From NCBI GenBank assembly GCA_951406725.2, contig OX597837.1, positions 14,632,001-14,696,000 on the forward strand: 64,000 bases of DNA. The letters run 5' to 3'. This stretch comes from Octopus vulgaris (Eukaryota). The translations under genes and the position numbers were made by a program. Positions 54,893 through 64,000 of the stretch are shown here, piece by piece. Under the pieces are notes generated by a model. The model was not told the DNA's origin. It ran no database searches and saw only the letters and a list, made by a program, of their open reading frames with translations. Each line of letters begins with the position of its first letter. Position 1 is the stretch's first letter.

Positions 54893-55334
54893 TTATACAC
54901 TCACATGTATAAGGATCAGTTTGAAACGAAATATTAAATTAATATTAGTCTCTAGGAAAGCGGTATTGTACAGGATATATAATATATGTTAGAAGGAACT
55001 AATCAGCTGGGCCCGAAACATAAGGCCCACCATATATGTGGGAATAGGGCTCACTGCGCGCTACTAAGTGCGTGAGTATATATAAATGTATGCATGTACA
55101 TGTATATATGTACATATACATATATATATATATATATATGTCAATATATATACACATATATATATATATACATATACATACATACATATTTATATATATT
55201 TATATATTTATGTTTGTATATATATATATATATATATTTATATATGTATGTATGTATGTATATATATATATATGTATATACATACATACATACATACATA
55301 CATACATACATACATACATACATACATACATACA

Positions 55335-55368
<34 letters not shown>

Positions 55369-55449
55369 CTTATATATATATATATGAAAGTCTGTTTTTC
55401 CTTTATGCTAGGTTATGCATAAAAACAGTTTTCTATTAAGCTGAAGGAG

Positions 55450-55652
55450 GGCTGCGACCTGGCAGAATCGTTAGTACGACGGGTAAGGTGCCTGTTTTTA
55501 CGCTCTGAGTTCGAATTCCCTTGAGGTCGACTTTGCCTTTTGTCATTTCGTGGTCGATAAAGTAAGTACCAGTTGAGTACTGGGGTCGATGTAATAGAGT
55601 TGCTCCCTCGCCCGAAAATGCTGGCCCTATGCCAAAATTTGGAACTAGTATT
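55450..55652 (+). mobile_element. SINE family A
   Basis: CTGGCAGAATCGTTAG head, GAGTTCGAATTCC, body, and GCCAAAATTTG tail. Confidence 0.85.
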
Positions 55653-55779
55653 AAACTGACGGATTGCGCAACAATTTTTAGATAAATAGATATTAACTGA
55701 GTTTCATAAGTAAAATGTAGACTGTAACTTCGAAACTTCGACTCTTCGAAAGACAATCGAGTTTCTTTGTCTTAGTAAA

Positions 55780-55822
55780 AGTGTTTTATATATATATGTG
55801 TGTGTATGTAAATATATACATA

Positions 55823-55864
<42 letters not shown>

Positions 55865-55954
55865 TATGTATGGATATACATAAATATTTATATATGTGTA
55901 TGTACTTATATATATATAAACAAAAATACAACTCTGTGTGTGTTTATGTATGTA

Positions 55955-56012
<58 letters not shown>

Positions 56013-56154
56013 ATACATATATATATGTATACGTATTTGCCTATGTGTGTATTGGTGAATATGTACATATGTAAGTGAAAGTACGTATATCTGTGTATAA
56101 TATTTACAGAAATATACATACACAAATATATATGTATATACCATACGCAACTAC

Positions 56155-56212
<58 letters not shown>

Positions 56213-56254
56213 TATAACATACATACATATATATGTGCGTGTGTGTGTATAAAT

Positions 56255-56341
<87 letters not shown>

Positions 56342-56900
56342 ATGTATAAAATATACTAAATATGTGCACAATATACTAAATATGTGTCCATATAAGAGTA
56401 TGTTTCGTAGACAGATTCATAGATAGATAGATAAAGGGTTCGATCCCGACTCTAGCAATCTTTGTTAACTCTATTATAAAGTTGTACATTCTAAAAAAAC
56501 GATAATTGAAAGTGAAAAAACTTGGGATCTAAAATAATCGTATAGAGTAAAATCAAATTTGAGATATAGCATAAAGAAAATAATTAGGGTAGGTTATAAA
56601 ACATATGTTAATTAAATATGTTAAATAAAGTTTGGCAAAAGATTGGGTCTAAATTGGGGTTTTTTAGGGTCTTTTTTTCATTTTAGTTTTATGTAGAATT
56701 TGAAGAATGGGATATATATTAAGGGATTAGTTTAGGATATAGGATCTGATATGTATTAGATATCTAGGGATAACGTATGATGTATGTATATAGGGTTATG
56801 CATACGTGTATATACGTGTATATACGTGTATGTGCATCTGTGAGTGTGCGTGTGTATACACAATCGTACACACATATATGCATCCATACGTGTATATATG

Positions 56901-56963
<63 letters not shown>

Positions 56964-57113
56964 ATATATATGTATATGTATATATAAAAGCAAGTAGACA
57001 TATGTGTGTATATATCAGCGTATACAAGAATATAGGTACCTAGGTAGATACACACACATACTAACTGATGTATATGCACATAAATATGCAGATATAAATA
57101 TACACACACACAC

Positions 57114-57147
<34 letters not shown>

Positions 57148-57392
57148 ATAAATATACATATGTAGATATATATATATGTGTGTGTGTATGTATTTGTGTA
57201 TATATGTATATATATATATATATATATGTCTGTGTGTGTGTATATATATATATATGTCTGTGTCTATGTATATATATATGTATATATATACTTTTATATA
57301 TATATGTATACATATATATTCATATATATATATATATATTTATATATGTGTATAGGGGCCATGAGTATACTTATTCATATTCATATACCTAC

Positions 57393-57480
<88 letters not shown>

Positions 57481-58064
57481 TTATATAACTATATATTCAT
57501 GTGTGTGTGTGGGTGTGGGTGTCTAAGTGCATATATAAATATATGTGATTGCATATGTGTGTCGTTCCCATACCGGAGTACATGGAGACTAACATACGTA
57601 CTTAAGCCCCCGCATACACATAGACAAACGCTCGGGTTTCCACGAGGGCCTCTCGCCCTCACTCTTTCGTCCACTTGTGGGATCTCTTTGACTGTGTGTG
57701 TGTGGTATACATACATACATATATATGTACATATGTCTAAGTTGGTACGTGTCTCTGTTCGCATGTACGTACAGACAACGTACACACGTACATCTTGTTT
57801 GTATCAAGATCTACCGCACAGCCACCAGTAACCCTTCTACTCGTCTTCGGCGCTTGTGTGTGGGCTACAGAAATGTCAACCGAGCTGTGTATTTGCGTCT
57901 TAATTAATACAAACTGAATAAAGGCCGAATACAAACAAACAATAGAATATTATTACATGCAAAATGAAGTTATAATACATGTAGAACTGTATTAGTTACA
58001 ATGTTAGCAATCTAAACGTTATTCAGATGATATATATATATGTATATGTATATATATATATACG

Positions 58065-58118
<54 letters not shown>

Positions 58119-58142
58119 TACATACATATGTATGTATATATG

Positions 58143-58182
<40 letters not shown>

Positions 58183-58434
58183 AATATATACGTATTTATA
58201 TATATATGTATTATATATATATATGTATGTATATAATACATATCAAATATATGTACATATATACATATAGATAGATAGATATATAGATTTACATATATCC
58301 GTATATATTTATATGTGTGTGTGTGTGTGTATACTTTCATGTGCATGTACTTATATATGGATACATAACTTTATATGAATGTATATATATGTATGAATGA
58401 ATTTAAAGTGCATTATCAATGTATATGGCAGTCA

Positions 58435-58494
<60 letters not shown>

Positions 58495-58563
58495 ACATAT
58501 ATATAAATATATACTTCTGTGTATGTATGTATATATATATATATATACATATACACACATATA

Positions 58564-58606
<43 letters not shown>

Positions 58607-58668
58607 ACATATATATAAATATATACTTCTGTGTATGTATGTATATATATATATATGCATATACACAC

Positions 58669-58722
<54 letters not shown>

Positions 58723-58969
58723 TGCGTATATCTATTGCAATATATGTTGCAAGTACAACTAAAGCATACATAATATATACAAGTATAACATGATTGTTTT
58801 TATATGCTATCAGAATATCATTTATACAATATATGATTAACACTGTCGATATAATGTTATTTGAGATATACTACTTGAGATATACATAAAAAATTTAGGG
58901 TAGCTGAGATCCAGATTACTCTTAATTTACCAAATAATATCAAATAGTTTGGAGGACATCTGTGTATAC

Positions 58970-59038
<69 letters not shown>

Positions 59039-59090
59039 TATATAAACCTATATATATACATATATATATGTATGTATATATATATATATG

Positions 59091-59141
<51 letters not shown>

Positions 59142-59170
59142 GTATATGTATATATATTTGTATTTATATA

Positions 59171-59219
<49 letters not shown>

Positions 59220-59226
59220 GTATTTG

Positions 59227-59301
<75 letters not shown>

Positions 59302-59619
59302 ACATATATATACATACGTATACTCACATGCACATAAATGTGTTCACGTGGTCGAGATAGATCGACATTTACATGTGGATGTAGATGTGGCTATGTGCGC
59401 TGATGTGTACGATGTGAGTGCGTGTATGTCTATCTATATATGTATGTATGTATGGATGGATGGATGGATGGATGGATGGATGGATGAATGGATGGAAGGA
59501 TGGATTGATGGATGGATGGATGGATGGATGGATATTTACAATATTTCATGTGTATTCGAGATATCAAGAATAAAAAAACTGTTGTTCTATTATATTCATA
59601 AATAATATCACACCCATGA

Positions 59620-59662
<43 letters not shown>

Positions 59663-60079
59663 TATATACATACAAATATATATATATACATTTACATATT
59701 CATACACATACATGTATATATATATGCGTGTGTGTGTGTATGTGTGCGCGTGTGTGTGTACGTGTGTGTGTATGTCCATACGTAGGGATGTATGTGAATA
59801 CATATGGGTGTATATCAATATATGCAGTGGATTTATATGGAAACATATCATATGTGGAATATGAACATTATGGTTTAATAATTCTGCCTTTTCTAATATT
59901 TTTTTTTTTTAAATGATTTAGGTTACTTTCGTAACTTTTAGAATGATTCCAATAAAGGAAGGATACAAGTAGTCTGGTGATATCCAAAATATCACTACTT
60001 GGCTATTGGTATATATCTGTTTAATATCATTACACTATTTAATGAATATGTCTGAACAGCTACAACATTTGTATATATA

Positions 60080-60163
<84 letters not shown>

Positions 60164-60214
60164 ATATATGTATGTATATAGATAGAGAGAGAAAGATAGA
60201 CAGACAGACAGTTG

Positions 60215-60280
<66 letters not shown>

Positions 60281-60452
60281 GAAAGAGAGAGAGAGAGGTG
60301 GGGAATGATAGAGATATAAAATGAAACAGCGGGAGAAAGAGAGATATACATGTAGAAATTTATTTTCACATATATTTATGCATGAATATATTCCACATGT
60401 GGGTGTATCTATGTATACGTTTTGGGTGTTAAGTTCGTTGCCTATACATGTG

Positions 60453-60534
<82 letters not shown>

Positions 60535-60545
60535 TATATCTGTAC
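55780..60545. repeat. Extended field of (TA)n/(TG)n/(TATG)n/(GGAT)n microsatellites with short unique islands
   Basis: Directly visible; includes an internal duplication with period about 112 bp near 58490 and 58600. Confidence 0.95.
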
Positions 60546-60934
60546 GTGTATGATTGCAGAATATATACGTGATGTACGATGTATGATATCGTTTGTGGCT
60601 GTATGATGTATTCAGATGACCATGTTAACGTAACGTCTAAATATGTATTAATTAGTAATTAATTAATGACGGAATGTATTTAGTAATATGTAAGTGTTTG
60701 AATACGGTTAGTATTAACGTATTACGGAAAGTGCTTGCATTAACATTTTATGTATGGCGGGACCTTTATAGTCATCACGTTACGGCAATTGGTATGTGAC
60801 AATTAGAAAGTAGGCCAATACGATTTTTTTTTAATATGATTAATAAAACTTGATTGTGTTTTAAATATTTGATTTCTAATATCTGTCCCATTGAATCGAA
60901 ATTTAAATGGCTTTGAAGTTCCATGAAATTTAAG

Positions 60935-61275
60935 GCATGGTAGTGTGATAAAGGAGCTAGCTATGAAGTCACGTAGTTTGGGTTCCCGTCCTGCGGCATG
61001 GCACGTCACTGCGCCTTGGTCAAGTCTTTTTTATAATAGCTTCGGGCTGACCAACTATTTCTGAATGGACGTGGTTGGCGGAAACTGTGTGGAAGCTCGC
61101 CGTAGATAGAGAGAGAGAGTTTGCGGATGTGTGTGCGTCCGTCTAACATAGCAGTTTGACAAAAGAGATCGATAGGATAAGTATCAGACTTTGGAAAACG
61201 TAAGTCCTGGTGTCGATTTGTTTGGCTAAAAGTAGTGCCCCAACATGGCCACATTCCAGTGACTGAAATATTTAA
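60935..61275 (+). mobile_element. SINE family B, old diverged copy
   Basis: Degenerate head, CCTTGGTCAAGTCT, GATAGGATAAGTA, and GTGCCCCAACATGGCC..GACTGAAA tail. Confidence 0.75.
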
Positions 61276-61384
61276 AGGATACATGGCTGTGTGTGTATGT
61301 GTGTGTATTTATTTATATCAGCATATATATACATACACACATATTTACATATATATGTGTAGATGTAAATGCATACATACATAC

Positions 61385-61492
<108 letters not shown>

Positions 61493-62692
61493 TATATATA
61501 TATAGGTATATATATATAGGTACATACATATATATACATATAAATGCATACATACATGCGTGTGTGTGTTGTGTGTGTGTGTCTGTGTGTGTGTATGTGC
61601 ATAGGCATAGACTATGAAGAATTTAGATATCATACATTGAATACTGTATATGTTTGTGGTGGTACTGAGAAGTTATAACTGTGTCATCTTCTAACCAAAT
61701 AACGCACTCCTTAACCGAGTGCGCAATGCGCCATATTTTACAATGGTCTCCGATTGTTGCACACACACACACACACTTATAGATCTAATATATTTAAATC
61801 CTTAACAAGAAGGCATCAGAGGCGTACTATATTTCATCACAAGTACTCTACAGTGACCGTAAATTGATCCCTCGTCAGAATCCTTAGATCCTGTGTTGGT
61901 ACAATTGAGAAATCGGACAGACACATCGTAATCTCGATGACAATGACGTCATCCTTAAATGGAAGCATAAACAAAGTAACAGATTTCTACGGCGATGTTC
62001 ATTAGTCTTAGCAAAAGAGAGAGACACTGTTTTAGAATTTTGATGTGACGTCAGACAACTAAATGAATTTCTTCAGAACTGGAATTGTTAAAGTTCTTTC
62101 ATAGACACGTTTAACGTTTTGCTTCTTCTGTGTAACACACCTGATGCACCGGACATATTGACCTGGTATTCATGCGCCATAGATGATACATATTCCCACT
62201 TCACTCTTCAACCACAAGCGTAACTTGGGACTTTTGAAAGGAAAGCCTTTTATTATTCATAACAAGGAGTAACTAGATGTCTGAAAGAAAGCATGGACGT
62301 TTAGGATGCATTTCTGAAAATACTTTGGGCAGACAAAGGGTTAAGCAGGATTACTCCTGTCTGGAATGTTGGGGCAATTAGTGCTAATGATAAAGTAATT
62401 AGTAAGAATGGTAAGATTGGAAGCTCTTTGGCCATTTGTCCGGGCAGTGGTGATGTCCGCTTCGAACTTTTTACAAATTAATCATTGAACTTTGGAAATA
62501 TGCCTACACCTGACCATCAGGAAGTCCATACGGACAAAAACTTATTTCAAATTTCAGCCAATTCTGATTTCGAGCTTTGATAGTTGACCTACAAATGACC
62601 ATCAGGAATCTAATACGGTCAAGAATTTGTCTGAAATTTATGGCCAGTTCGCACTTCTGATCTTTGTTCAAAGTGACTAAATCTGTGAAATT

Positions 62693-62885
62693 AAGACGGT
62701 GAGCTGGCAGAATCGTTAGCACGCAGAACAAAAATGCCTGGCGGCGTTTCGTCCGTTTTCCCGTTGACCCTCACCGGGAGTCAACTTTGCCTTTCATCCT
62801 TTCGAGATCGATTAAATAAGTACCAATTGAGCACCGGGGTCGAAATAATCGACCTCGAAATTTCAAGCCTTATGCCAAAAGATCC
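62693..62885 (+). mobile_element. SINE family A, internally deleted
   Basis: GGTGAGCTGGCAGAATCGTTAGCACG head and ACTTTGCCTTTCATCCTTTCG body. Confidence 0.82.
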
Positions 62886-62944
62886 ATTCAGTTTCTTGTT
62901 TTTTTTTAGGCGAAAACAAAGCGATTTATTCAATTAATGATATA

Positions 62945-63830
62945 ATTACTGTTTCGTTCCAGTATCCCCTACCATCTTGAGGGGCAGATCCATTATATCC
63001 TGCTCAAAGAATTTCTTGTCTTTATTCACGAAAAACTCTGTCAGATGAATTTTTACATCGTCTTCAAGGTACATAATATATACATATGCATATACATAAG
63101 TATGCATGTATATAAATATGTATGTATATATACGGGATTTTAAGAGACAGAAAGAGATGGAAATCTGAAAGTGGAAGGTCGGACGAATATTGAGGGTGTG
63201 ATAAAAGTTATCAGCCAAACTCCAATAACTTCTGCCACGTCTGCAAAGAGGTGTGCGGTCTTGTACCACCACCTTTAATTTGTCCAACCAGTTACAGTAC
63301 ACATCCAAATTGGGTGGTCCTCTCTGTCGGAAGAAGCAAAACCTTCTTCAGGTGAAATCTTGCTTTGAGTTTGTTTGTGGTGGTTCGCCGCGCTTCTTCT
63401 ATGATCGTTTGCGTTTCACATTGTTATAGACGATCCATTTTTCGTACCCTTTTACCATTCTCTTTAAAAAAAAATAAAGGATCATTTTCTTCACATTTCT
63501 GAAACGAATCGCAGATGGAAATCCGTTGGGTGAATTAGCCACATTCAACTTATGCGGGCCCAAACATTCGAGCCAGCTGATGTAACTAAGTTGAGACAGA
63601 TGGTTTCAACAGTCTAGGGAACATCTGCGATTATTCTGGTCGTATTACGGGTGTTGGTGTCACCATTAATCTAAAGCTAAAGGCGTCTTCAACCGAAAAG
63701 TTGCAAAATCATGCAAATCCCTTCTGGTACACACGTCGCCTAACAGCTTGCTCTCCTTACACAGTTCTTACCCTCTCGCCGCATTCTTGCCGTTTTAAAA
63801 ATAAATGAGATGTGAATAATGTCCGTTTTG
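62945..63830 (-). mobile_element. Decayed near-full-length mariner transposase
   Basis: NFSVEDA..RISICDS..FLKRMVKGYEKWIVYNNVKRKRS*..EPPQT..LLSHPQYSSDLPLSDFHLFLSLK..DDVKIHLTEFFVNKDKKFFEQDIMDLP; microsatellite at about 63070-63135. Confidence 0.9.
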
Positions 63831-63930
63831 GCTCTACATTTTCAGGGGAATCCCAAGCACACAAAATACAACCTGTCTCGTTACAAGTTCGAGTTGAATT
63901 ACGTTAAAGCGTATATATATATGTATATAC

Positions 63931-64000
<70 letters not shown>

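Noticed and set aside
61800-62500. hAT transposase remnant (VNMSG..GV on minus)
   Set aside because: A single short motif with no other supporting hAT blocks readable.

Overview
Gene-poor, AT-rich eukaryotic DNA, most likely intronic or intergenic octopus (coleoid cephalopod) sequence. That assignment is inferred from the extreme microsatellite density and from tRNA-derived SINEs I recognise from octopus genomes; it was not checked against a database. I see no intact protein-coding gene: almost all track ORFs are translated microsatellites, and the protein-like stretches are decayed transposons. These are Penelope-like elements (RT and GIY-YIG remnants), R4/Dong-clade LINE pieces in (TAA)n tracts, a Tx1/L1-like 3' end, an RTE 3' end, three mariner relics, a maT-like relic, and MITE/foldback elements. 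At least four SINE-like families are present. The most interesting signal is about ten hammerhead-ribozyme-like folds in short Penelope-type repeats, mostly next to (TA)n. Most have minimal palindromic stem III (ACGU, AGCU, AAUAUU) and non-canonical cores. One subfamily consistently has U at position 6, and one copy shows an apparent G3:C8 swap inside a 21-bp direct repeat. A few splice-signal-bounded candidate exons are reported at low confidence. All folds, translations and family assignments were read by eye.
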